Position numbers and translations under genes: made by a program. The notes below the pieces were generated by a model. It did not search any database. It worked only from the letters and a program-made list of their open reading frames with translations, and was not told where the DNA came from. Positions 1 through 9,991 of a stretch of DNA of 64,000 nucleotides are shown here, one piece after another; position 1 is the first letter of the stretch, and every line of letters begins with the position of its first letter. Origin of the DNA: Candidatus Omnitrophota bacterium (GTDB lineage: Bacteria; Omnitrophota; Gorgyraeia; Zapsychrales; Zapsychraceae); the NCBI GenBank assembly GCA_021108075.1, contig JAIORP010000012.1, positions 6,539-70,538 of the forward strand. The letters are read 5' to 3'.

Positions 1-2
1 AC

Positions 3-954
3 ACATACGGCGCCTATCTACATCAGGCTGACGGGATTTTTGAGGTGAAGGCGGGGGAGAAGAAGACCCGGGTTTCACCGAAGAAGGTTCAGTCTATCGT
101 GATGACAACGGGCGTTAGTTTGTCTTCGGACGCGGTACAGTTGGCTGTCGAAAATAATATCGATATTTTGTTTTTGGATTATTTTGGAAATCCATACGGG
201 CGAGTATGGCACGGCCGTTTGGGGTCGACAGCCCGTATCCGGCGTGCTCAGCTTGAATTTGCGCTCTCGGACGAGGGGCTTAAAATCGGTCAAAAATTTG
301 TTGATAAGAAATTTGATAATCAAATTGTGTTCTTGCGTAATCTGCGGGATAGACGGACGGCTATGTCTGCGGAAATTACCGCTGCTATTAACATGATCAA
401 AGATGCCAGAGAGAAATTGATGACAGTAGAAGGGAATGCCAATGAGATGCGCGGCAGTATTATGGGTATTGAAGGTCAGGCCGGACGGCGTTATTGGATG
501 ATTTTAAGCCGGTTGCTCCCCGAGCGTTTCCGTTTCAACGGACGTAGCCGTAATCCTGCCCAGGACGAATTTAATTGTCTTTTAAATTATGCCTACGGAG
601 TTTTATACGGGATCGTCGAACGGGCCTGTGTTCTGGCTGGTATTGATCCGTATGTCGGTTTTATTCATACTGATCATTATGCTAAGACTTCAATGGTTTT
701 TGACGTGATCGAGGGCTACCGTATTTTTGCGGACGAAACGGTTTTTAATTTGTTTTCTCGTAAGAAAGTTAAAAAGGCGCTTTTTAACCGCATGCAGAAC
801 GGTTTTGTCTTGAATAAAGAAGGGAAGGCCGTTTTGCTGGTTGATTACAATGAATATCTGGATAACAGCATTCTATATAACGGACGCCGCTTGAAACGGC
901 GTGATACCATTCAGTTTGATTTGCATAAATTGGCTAATAGTTGGATAAAAACAA

Positions 955-968
<14 letters not shown>
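3..968 (+). CDS. cas1: CRISPR-associated endonuclease Cas1 (5' end lies upstream of the window)
   Basis: Frame open from position 3 (TYGAYLHQADGIFEV). Cas1 motifs GIEGQAGRRYW, FNCLLNYAYGVL, GIDPYVGFIH, FDVIEGYR. Adjacent to cas2, cas4 and the array. Confidence 0.95.
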
Positions 969-1241
<273 letters not shown>

Positions 1242-1261
1242 CCTGAATCAGGTGGAGCTTC

Positions 1262-1867
1262 ATGCCTAGAACAAGCGATCCTCAGCAACAATTGATGATA
1301 ACACCCAGTGAAGTGATGGAGTACTTGTACTGTCCGCGCTTTACATATTATCTTAATGTTCTGCGGATTTCGCAATATGAGAAAAATCGATATAAAGTGC
1401 TGAAAGGAAGGCAAGTTCATGAGCAGCGTCTGCGGCATAATAAAAGTTATTTACCTAAAAAGATCCCTGTGTTAAAAAAAGAAATCGATGTTTATTTGGC
1501 GGATCCCGGGTTGAGAGTGCGGGGGATTGTTGATGAAATTTTATATCTGGAAGATGGAACACTTGCACCTGTCGACTATAAATTTAGCCCGTTTAAGGAA
1601 AGTGTATATAAGACCCATAAGGTGCAGATGTGCTTATACGCGCTTTTGATTGAAAGGACGTACGGTAGACCGGTTATAAAAGGTTATATCGCGTATATCC
1701 GCGGGGGCAGTAAGACCCTGGATGTAGATATAACAGAAGGTATGAAAGCGCACTCTCAAAAAATTGTTGATGATGTTTTTGATATAATTCTATCGGAGAA
1801 ATTGCCGGAGAAGACAAAAAGCAGGGTGCGGTGCGTTGACTGTACTTATAAAAATATTTGTGTCTAA
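1262..1867 (+). CDS. cas4: CRISPR-associated exonuclease Cas4
   Basis: YLYCPR, RecB-type GIVDE..PVDYK, QMCLYA, C-terminal CVDCTYKNIC Fe-S cysteines. Confidence 0.93.
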   Translation: MPRTSDPQQQLMITPSEVMEYLYCPRFTYYLNVLRISQYEKNRYKVLKGRQVHEQRLRHNKSYLPKKIPVLKKEIDVYLADPGLRVRGIVDEILYLEDGTLAPVDYKFSPFKESVYKTHKVQMCLYALLIERTYGRPVIKGYIAYIRGGSKTLDVDITEGMKAHSQKIVDDVFDIILSEKLPEKTKSRVRCVDCTYKNICV

Positions 1868-2040
1868 TCAGAAAAATTTTCTAAGGTCATAAGAATGAAT
1901 AGTTTAGAATATGTTAGATGTAGAAATAGTGCTAAAAAATGCGATAAAAATTGCTTTTTTTATGCTAGTTCTTTGACATTTCGGTATAATATTTGGATAA
2001 AGGAACTGTTTGACATATATCAAGTTAGAGAAAATTTGCG
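1868..2040 (+). promoter_or_regulatory. CRISPR leader
   Basis: AT-rich non-coding stretch between cas4 and the first repeat. The degenerate repeat is at the opposite end of the array. Confidence 0.75.
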
Positions 2041-5000
2041 GTCGAGAAACCTCATCCAGTAAAACAAGGATTGAAACACTTTTGCTCTAACCCAATCGAT
2101 ATTTCCGTTATTGTCGAGAAACCTCATCCAGTAAAACAAGGATTGAAACTCCACAGGTTATCCACAGGGCACACAGATGTATGGGGTCGAGAAACCTCAT
2201 CCAGTAAAACAAGGATTGAAACTCCATGCAATTATCATAGCATAGTTCTTCAAATTTTTGTCGAGAAACCTCATCCAGTAAAACAAGGATTGAAACTCGT
2301 GAGTAAACAATGAACGAGAGAAATAATTTAGTCGAGAAACCTCATCCAGTAAAACAAGGATTGAAACTCGTGAGTAAACAATGAACGAGAGAAATAATTT
2401 AGTCGAGAAACCTCATCCAGTAAAACAAGGATTGAAACAGAATTTTACGTTTTTCTTGAGTAGTAAGATTGTTGTCGAGAAACCTCATCCAGTAAAACAA
2501 GGATTGAAACCTCGCTAACAGGTGTTGATACGTCCTTAATGGGGTGTCGAGAAACCTCATCCAGTAAAACAAGGATTGAAACTATCCGCGTCTGATGGCA
2601 ATTAATTATTAACAACCAAGTCGAGAAACCTCATCCAGTAAAACAAGGATTGAAACCGCGATTATTCTGTTTTTCGCCGCGATGAATAAACGTCGAGAAA
2701 CCTCATCCAGTAAAACAAGGATTGAAACCACATGGATATACACATGCAAGTAAGTATACAGCGTCGAGAAACCTCATCCAGTAAAACAAGGATTGAAACT
2801 CAGGTCATTACCTGCTGGATTGCGCGATAATCTACGTCGAGAAACCTCATCCAGTAAAACAAGGATTGAAACTTTTTTTGCCACGGCTGCCTGCATTACT
2901 GATGATTGTCGAGAAACCTCATCCAGTAAAACAAGGATTGAAACTTGAGCAACGTTTGCAAAACGTTCAGAATCAGCGATGTCGAGAAACCTCATCCAGT
3001 AAAACAAGGATTGAAACCAGATAATATCCTTATCAACCGCTATCTGTTTTGTGTCGAGAAACCTCATCCAGTAAAACAAGGATTGAAACTTAGCAACACT
3101 CAGCGACGATAGTCGACAATGGGGTGTCGAGAAACCTCATCCAGTAAAACAAGGATTGAAACAAAGAGTCCATTCCGCCGTCCCCTGGACAGCAAAGTCG
3201 AGAAACCTCATCCAGTAAAACAAGGATTGAAACAGCACAATGTCTATTCGCACAAGCCATCCACGCATTGTCGAGAAACCTCATCCAGTAAAACAAGGAT
3301 TGAAACTGCGTAACATGTTCGAATCGCGAGTTTCCGAAGAGGTCGAGAAACCTCATCCAGTAAAACAAGGATTGAAACCCGTTTGCGACGTAAACGCCGA
3401 TCACATCAGTATCGTCGAGAAACCTCATCCAGTAAAACAAGGATTGAAACATTCTGCCCAAACCGTTGCAAAATGGGCGGTCTATCGTCGAGAAACCTCA
3501 TCCAGTAAAACAAGGATTGAAACACCATTATCTCGCCGACATTGCAGACCCTAGTTACAGTCGAGAAACCTCATCCAGTAAAACAAGGATTGAAACCGGA
3601 TTGAGCCGTAGCAGGTTGTTGCGACTGCACGGGGTCGAGAAACCTCATCCAGTAAAACAAGGATTGAAACGCTGAGCACGGTACAATTATGATTATGGGT
3701 GTTGTGGTCGAGAAACCTCATCCAGTAAAACAAGGATTGAAACTATAGGGAAATCACCGGACTAAAAAAATACTGGCCAGTCGAGAAACCTCATCCAGTA
3801 AAACAAGGATTGAAACTGAATTGGGTCAGTGTACATGGGAAGAACGACGGAAAGTCGAGAAACCTCATCCAGTAAAACAAGGATTGAAACTAAATATGAA
3901 TCCACATGTTATCAGCATCCGTTGAGTCGAGAAACCTCATCCAGTAAAACAAGGATTGAAACACCGGAACGCAATCTTACGCTGACGATGTAGCAAGTCG
4001 AGAAACCTCATCCAGTAAAACAAGGATTGAAACCGAGGTGATTGCGAGGGTACTCTAATGTTGGAAGCGTGTCGAGAAACCTCATCCAGTAAAACAAGGA
4101 TTGAAACAATTTTCTTCACTGACTGTACAAATGCGATAAGCCGTCGAGAAACCTCATCCAGTAAAACAAGGATTGAAACTAAAAAGCGAGTCTAATCATT
4201 TCAACTCTCCTTCCGGTGTCGAGAAACCTCATCCAGTAAAACAAGGATTGAAACACCGGAACGAAGGGATTGAAGTTGAAGATAAAGCAGTCGAGAAACC
4301 TCATCCAGTAAAACAAGGATTGAAACTTGTATATCCCGTTAATAGCGTTACTGGGATCTTGGTCGAGAAACCTCATCCAGTAAAACAAGGATTGAAACAC
4401 TCTAGCGGTAACGTCTCTCAGCTTACTAGGGACCGTCGAGAAACCTCATCCAGTAAAACAAGGATTGAAACCATTTTTTCGCATTTTTTTTCGAAATTGT
4501 GGCAGCGGTCGAGAAACCTCATCCAGTAAAACAAGGATTGAAACAAAAAACGCGGGGTTTGCCTCGGCTGCAGGGTTCAAGTCGAGAAACCTCATCCAGT
4601 AAAACAAGGATTGAAACGCAAGAAATTACAGTCGCAGAATTACGAGATTTTCGTCGAGAAACCTCATCCAGTAAAACAAGGATTGAAACATAATCCAAAT
4701 AAACAAACTAAAGAAATGAAAATAAAGTCGAGAAACCTCATCCAGTAAAACAAGGATTGAAACGTTTTAGCTCCAGATTATCTTTTTTTGTGGTACCCAA
4801 GTCGAGAAACCTCATCCAGTAAAACAAGGATTGAAACCTCAAGCTCCTCGTCTCCGAAAGAATCCATATAAGGTCGAGAAACCTCATCCAGTAAAACAAG
4901 GATTGAAACCAAATAACGCAAAAAGTTATTGCAAAAGCGACAGAGTCGAGAAACCTCATCCAGTAAAACAAGGATTGAAACATCCTGGGGTTGAATGAAA

Positions 5001-5492
5001 TTTATTACAGTTTCGCGGGTCGAGAAACCTCATCCAGTAAAACAAGGATTGAAACATGATTTTATTTTTGCACTAATCCGGACAGGATCAAGTCGAGAAA
5101 CCTCATCCAGTAAAACAAGGATTGAAACATCCTATGCGTCAGTTCTCCGGGTGCGGTGTGATTGTCGAGAAACCTCATCCAGTAAAACAAGGATTGAAAC
5201 ATCAACCTGCGCATACCGGTTAACGCCCAATTAAATAGTCGAGAAACCTCATCCAGTAAAACAAGGATTGAAACAGTTCTTGCTTGGAAGAGTCCCCGGA
5301 TGCCGCTTGCGTCGAGAAACCTCATCCAGTAAAACAAGGATTGAAACGCGCAGCTCGAAGCGCAGATGGCGGAGTCGCAAGAAGTCGAGAAACCTCATCC
5401 AGTAAAACAAGGATTGAAACGATACAAGGACTTCATGACGGTACCAGCGAAGTTAGTCGAGAAATCTCATCCAGTAAAACAAGGATTGATTG
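2041..5492 (+). CRISPR. CRISPR array, 48 repeats / 47 spacers, 37-bp repeat GTCGAGAAACCTCATCCAGTAAAACAAGGATTGAAAC
   Basis: Manual count, period ~73 bp. Terminal repeat at 5456 is degenerate. The 3' ATTGAAAC end is typical of Cas6-processed type I-B/III arrays; effector genes are not in the window. Confidence 0.98.
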
Positions 5493-5630
5493 AAGCTTAT
5501 CAAGGCCGCATATGGGCTGAAAGTGTTTCGCTTAAGGACTCTATCTGTTACATCTCCTTAACTATTAATTCAACTGCTGAAATTGTTTAAATGATTTTAT
5601 AGGAAAGCGTTATAGTGAATTTTTTGGTTT

Positions 5631-5648
5631 TTGTGATTTTTTTCACAA
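5631..5648. promoter_or_regulatory. Rex operator
   Basis: TTGTGATTTTTTTCACAA matches TTGTGAA-N4-TTCACAA with one mismatch, just upstream of the rex promoter. A weaker site TTGTGAAATTTGGAACAA lies at 5693-5710. Confidence 0.8.
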
Positions 5649-5654
5649 AACACC

Positions 5655-5682
5655 TTGATTTGTAGCGGGAATATGCTATAAT
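5655..5682 (+). promoter_or_regulatory. sigma70-type promoter of rex
   Basis: TTGATT, 16 bp, TATAAT with extended -10 TGc. Confidence 0.6.
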
Positions 5683-5713
5683 TTTGTAAAAATTGTGAAA
5701 TTTGGAACAAAAG

Positions 5714-6340
5714 ATGAAAACAACTAAAAATTGTATCACACGCCTTTATCAATATCGGGAGGCGTTGTATCGCATGAAGACATCAGGATGTCAAAAGGTA
5801 TTTTCTAATGATTTAGCTGAAGCAATCGGCGCGAATTCATCCCAGGTCCGTAAAGATTTTTCGCTCTTTGGTATCTCAGGAAATAAACGCGGTGGTTATG
5901 GTATTCATGAATTGATGGATCAGCTGGATACGCTGTTTAATAAGAATCAGATGCGAAAAATTATTGTTGTTGGCGTGGGGAATATCGGACGGGCCTTAAT
6001 GAATTATGAGAGCTTTGCCAGGGAGTTGATCCTTATTGAAGCCGCCTTTGATATCGATCCGATGAAGTATGACCGTGAAGCCCTGATTCCGGTCCTTCCG
6101 ATGGAAGAACTGCAGGATTACATTACCCATAACAAAATCAAGATGGCAATCATTGCTGTGCCGTATTTTGCCGCCCAGCAGGTGTTTGACCTGATGTCAG
6201 CTGCCGGTATCAGGGGCGTTGTTAATTTTTCACCTGTCAGCTTGAAAACTCCCGAGGATGTTTTTGTTAATAATGTGAATGTGCAGCTGGAAATAGATAT
6301 TGTTCATTACTTTGTTAATGCGTTAGATAAAAAAGAGTAA
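5714..6340 (+). CDS. rex: Redox-sensing transcriptional repressor Rex
   Basis: Winged helix SQVRKDFS..G.KRGGY, Rossmann VGVGNIG. ATG5714 preferred over TTG5702. Confidence 0.93.
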   Translation: MKTTKNCITRLYQYREALYRMKTSGCQKVFSNDLAEAIGANSSQVRKDFSLFGISGNKRGGYGIHELMDQLDTLFNKNQMRKIIVVGVGNIGRALMNYESFARELILIEAAFDIDPMKYDREALIPVLPMEELQDYITHNKIKMAIIAVPYFAAQQVFDLMSAAGIRGVVNFSPVSLKTPEDVFVNNVNVQLEIDIVHYFVNALDKKE

Positions 6341-6564
6341 GAAAATATATTTTTTGAAGAATTGTTTGCGTTTTGATATATTTTTACCGGAGGAGTGGGT
6401 AACTTTTGGAAATCGTTCTAAAATTCAACACGTCATTCAGTTCTTTCAGCGCAATCAATGTGATCCTTAGATAATACATTTCGGTATTTTTAATGGAGTG
6501 AATTCCTCTGAGCTCTGCTGCGAGGAGATTCATTATATTACTCAAAAAACAGGAATAGGCCCAT

Positions 6565-8397
6565 ATGAAATTAAAAAGCAAAATGCTTTTTTCTGTAATC
6601 AGTATCATTGTTTTTTTGGGACTGTTTATTTCGTTTTTTGGCTTTCTCTTTGTTAAGAAGCACATTGTCGATCAAGCCCAACGTCAAATATCCATGGATT
6701 TGAAAGTCGCCCGATCTGTCTATGAAAAGCCTTTTGAACTGATGCGCGTCGGTTTTGATATGTACCGTACGGACCAATCCCTGGGCATGATCAAGGACAA
6801 TGTCGATCTGGATTATCTCGTTCTGCTTGATCAAAGTGGACTGGGCCAATTGACCGGCAATATTGCCCGTAAGGCCTACCGGACAAAACAGGCCTGTTTC
6901 GGAACACGCGTCATGGGGCATCAGGAACTGGAAGCTTTAGGCTCCCTGGACGCGTCGCCTTACGTGATCGCTCTTAAAGCGACCCCTGAATCGAGGCCCA
7001 CAGATCAGACGATTGTTAAAGATGTTATGGTGCTTGAGTATGCTAAGCCGCTGTTAGACGCTAACGGTGTCGTCCGGCAGTTATTGTACGGCGGCCGGAT
7101 TTTGACGCGCGATTATCCTTTTGTGGATGATATTGTCAAGGTGGTCTTTGAAAATAAAATTTACAACAATAAACCCGTTGGAACGGTCACGATTTTTCAG
7201 GACGATGTTCGTATTGCCACCAATGTGATCGACGATCAAGGCCAAAGGGCGATTGGAACACGGGTGTCTGATATCGTCTATGAAAAAGTTGTCGATCAAG
7301 GCGAAGTCTGGAATGACCGGGCTTTTGTTGTGACCGACTGGTATTTGACCGCCTATGAGCCAATAAGAAATATTGATGGAAATATCCTTGGTATTTTATA
7401 TGTCGGAATACTCGAGCAGCCTTACCACGACACGCAACGGAGTATCTTTTTAGCTTTTATCTCCCTTATTGCTGTCGCTTCTCTGATAGCCGCCGGGTTA
7501 GCGGTTTGGATCAGTGACCGGATATCAAACCCGATCAGTAGCCTCATGCAAACAATACGTAAGATCGGAGCGGGTGATTTGAAAAGCAAGGTTGAGAAGA
7601 GAACGGAGATTGATGAATTCAATGAATTGATTATCGCGCTCAATGATATGTCCGACCGGTTAAGTGAAAGGGAAAAGAATGTCGCGGATTCAAAGAACGC
7701 GATGGCTGAGATGAATAAGCGTTATTTGGATTTGATCGGGTTTGTTTCGCACGAACTGAAAGGATTGTTGTCGTCGATCGTTTTGAACACCTATTTATTG
7801 CAGCAGGGTATCTTAGGTCCTGTTAACGCCAAGCAGAAAAAGATACTGCAGTCGATCGCTCGAAATTTAGATTATTTGACGGTCACGGTCAGGAATTTTT
7901 TGAATTTGAGCCGGGTTGAAAAAGCGGAATTGGTTTTGAGCCGGACGGACCTGTTATTAAAGGAACATGTTTTTGATGTCTCAACCGAAGCGTTTATGCA
8001 TCAGGCCCTGGATAAAGAATTGAAGGTGACAAACAATATTGATCCCAGTATAGAAATCAACGGGGATGCGGGGTTGCTGCAAATTGTGGTCAATAATTTA
8101 TTGAGCAATGCTGTTAAGTACGCCCGCTCTGGCGGATGTATTCAAATCACCTCAAGGGTGATTGAGGGCGAAGTGGAGGTCACGGTTTACAACGATGGAA
8201 CACCGATCGCTTCCGTCGATTTAGATAAATTATTCAAGAAGTTTTCACGTATCGTTTACCGGGGACAAGAAAAAGTCAAAGGAACGGGAATAGGACTATT
8301 TATTACAAAGGAGATTATTGAACGTCATGGTGGTCGGATTTGGGTCGAACCACAGGCGGAAGGTAATGCTTTCAAATTTAGAATAAAGATGAAGTAA
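6565..8397 (+). CDS. Membrane sensor histidine kinase (Cache sensor, HAMP, HisKA, HATPase)
   Basis: Two TM segments, Cache-like RIATNV..RAIGT..YLTAYEPI, H-box SHELKG, N-box NLLSNAVKY, G2 GTGIGL. Confidence 0.92.
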   Translation: MKLKSKMLFSVISIIVFLGLFISFFGFLFVKKHIVDQAQRQISMDLKVARSVYEKPFELMRVGFDMYRTDQSLGMIKDNVDLDYLVLLDQSGLGQLTGNIARKAYRTKQACFGTRVMGHQELEALGSLDASPYVIALKATPESRPTDQTIVKDVMVLEYAKPLLDANGVVRQLLYGGRILTRDYPFVDDIVKVVFENKIYNNKPVGTVTIFQDDVRIATNVIDDQGQRAIGTRVSDIVYEKVVDQGEVWNDRAFVVTDWYLTAYEPIRNIDGNILGILYVGILEQPYHDTQRSIFLAFISLIAVASLIAAGLAVWISDRISNPISSLMQTIRKIGAGDLKSKVEKRTEIDEFNELIIALNDMSDRLSEREKNVADSKNAMAEMNKRYLDLIGFVSHELKGLLSSIVLNTYLLQQGILGPVNAKQKKILQSIARNLDYLTVTVRNFLNLSRVEKAELVLSRTDLLLKEHVFDVSTEAFMHQALDKELKVTNNIDPSIEINGDAGLLQIVVNNLLSNAVKYARSGGCIQITSRVIEGEVEVTVYNDGTPIASVDLDKLFKKFSRIVYRGQEKVKGTGIGLFITKEIIERHGGRIWVEPQAEGNAFKFRIKMK

Positions 8398-8629
8398 TAT
8401 CAATAACAAAATATAATTTGGAGTGATGATAAAACGGAATTGGAATAACGATGTGAGACTGACAGGATCAACCGAACAAGCCTGTTCGGTCCACCCCGGT
8501 GTGAGGACGAATTAATTTTTTCACTAATGGTGTGTGGAAGAGATTGTCTCCTGTGCTTCCTGGGGTGTTCAGTATCTCCTGGGATAATAACATAAGCTGT
8601 CGGTTAAAAAACAGCAAAGAGGAAAGAAG

Positions 8630-9481
8630 ATGAAAAATAAAATTTTACTTATTGATGATGATGCTGATTTTGTGGAAGCGACTCAATTATTGTTAGAAGC
8701 CAACGGTTATGATGTCTGTTGCGCGTCGAATGGAAAGGAAGGTTTCCAAAAGGTTAAGGAGGAATCTCCTGACCTGATCTTTCTTGATATGATGATGACG
8801 TATAAGACCGAGGGGGCGGAAACGGCGAAAGCGATGGCTGCTGATGCCGCCATCAAGATGATTCCCATTATTTTGATCACAGGAGCGGGCAAAGAAAAAG
8901 ATTTTCCGATGGATTTAAAAACATCGGACATACCTGTTAAGAGGATCCTCGAGAAACCGATCAACCCGGAAACACTTATTCAAGTAGCGAAGAGCTATAT
9001 CGGTTTGACAGGTAAAGAACGCCGTGAGTTTGTTGGGACATTAGACGCGATTGTTGGGAAATGGAAGGATAAAGAAGGCAATTTGATCATGATTTTGCAC
9101 GCGATTCAAAAGCATTACGGTTATGTGCCCCGAAATGTCTCCTTTGAATTGTGCCGGCTCTTGCATGTTCCGCTCGCGCGAATTTACGAAGTTATCACGT
9201 TCTACAACTATTTTAAATTAGAACCGCCGGGAAAAAATTTGATATCCATGTGTATGGGTACCGCTTGTTATTTAAAAGGAACACCGCAAATTCTTGACGA
9301 AATTAAAAATATCCTGGGGATTGAAGCCGGAGAGACAACGAAAGATGGATTTTTTCAATTGCAAAATGTCCGTTGTTTGGGCTGTTGCGGCCTGGCTCCC
9401 GTTATGATGATCAACGATAAGGTGTATGGTAAGGTCCAACGCGGTGAGGTCATGGATATTTTATCTGAATATACAAAATGA
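8630..9481 (+). CDS. Receiver domain fused to NuoE/HydC-like [2Fe-2S] subunit of the [FeFe] hydrogenase
   Basis: aa 1-125 REC (LLIDDD, IFLDMMM, ITG, EKP). aa ~135-283 NuoE-like (LHAIQKHYGYVP, FYNYF, CMGTAC, CLGCCGLAP). Confidence 0.88.
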   Translation: MKNKILLIDDDADFVEATQLLLEANGYDVCCASNGKEGFQKVKEESPDLIFLDMMMTYKTEGAETAKAMAADAAIKMIPIILITGAGKEKDFPMDLKTSDIPVKRILEKPINPETLIQVAKSYIGLTGKERREFVGTLDAIVGKWKDKEGNLIMILHAIQKHYGYVPRNVSFELCRLLHVPLARIYEVITFYNYFKLEPPGKNLISMCMGTACYLKGTPQILDEIKNILGIEAGETTKDGFFQLQNVRCLGCCGLAPVMMINDKVYGKVQRGEVMDILSEYTK

Positions 9482-9535
9482 TATTTGAAGACGGGCACTC
9501 CGTGAGGTCGCCTGGTTGATTGAAGGAGAAAAATA

Positions 9536-9883
9536 ATGAGTTCAAGTAAAGTCAATATAGATGAGATCAAAAAGAACATCAATAAGAAATCAGGTGATTG
9601 GATAAAGGTTGGGATGAGCACGTGCGGTATTGCCGCCGGGGCTGATAAAGTTTTAGAGAAATTTCAGGAAGAAAAAGAACGCCGAAATTTGGATATCCGT
9701 TTAGAAAAATGTGGCTGTGCCGGTATGTGTTACGCCGAGCCTTTAGTTGAAATTCGCGTTAAAGGAATGCCGCAGGTTGTATATGGAAAGGTTGACGCAA
9801 AAGTAGTTGTCGAAATCATTGATCGTCATGTTCTCCGGAAGCAATTACTGGATGATCATATATATAACATTAAGGTTCAATAA
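9536..9883 (+). CDS. Thioredoxin-like [2Fe-2S] ferredoxin subunit (HydD/HndB-like)
   Basis: VGMSTCGIAAGA and GCAGMCYAEP motifs; operon position. Confidence 0.85.
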   Translation: MSSSKVNIDEIKKNINKKSGDWIKVGMSTCGIAAGADKVLEKFQEEKERRNLDIRLEKCGCAGMCYAEPLVEIRVKGMPQVVYGKVDAKVVVEIIDRHVLRKQLLDDHIYNIKVQ

Positions 9884-9964
9884 TACCAATTTCATTAAAT
9901 AATGACCAGAACCAATTCTGTTTTTCAGAGTTAAAATAGAACAATTTATTAATGGATTTGGCAT
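9883..9964. repeat. MITE-like intergenic repeat, shortened copy
   Basis: ATACCAATTTCATTAAATAA...TTAATGGATTTGGCAT inverted termini. Confidence 0.7.
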
Positions 9965-9991
9965 AAATGAGCGCATATGGGAGCAAATCAA

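Noticed and set aside
2071-5590. Many short ORFs with VEKPHPVKQGLK / FQSLFYWMRFLD repeats
   Set aside because: They are translations of CRISPR repeats.
6499-6531. Imperfect palindrome GAATTCCTCTGAGCTCTGCTGCGAGGAGATTC
   Set aside because: REP/IS-end-like, but single copy in the window and cannot be assigned.
8400-8625. Small hairpins between the kinase and REC-hydC as a possible riboswitch
   Set aside because: No recognisable riboswitch consensus.
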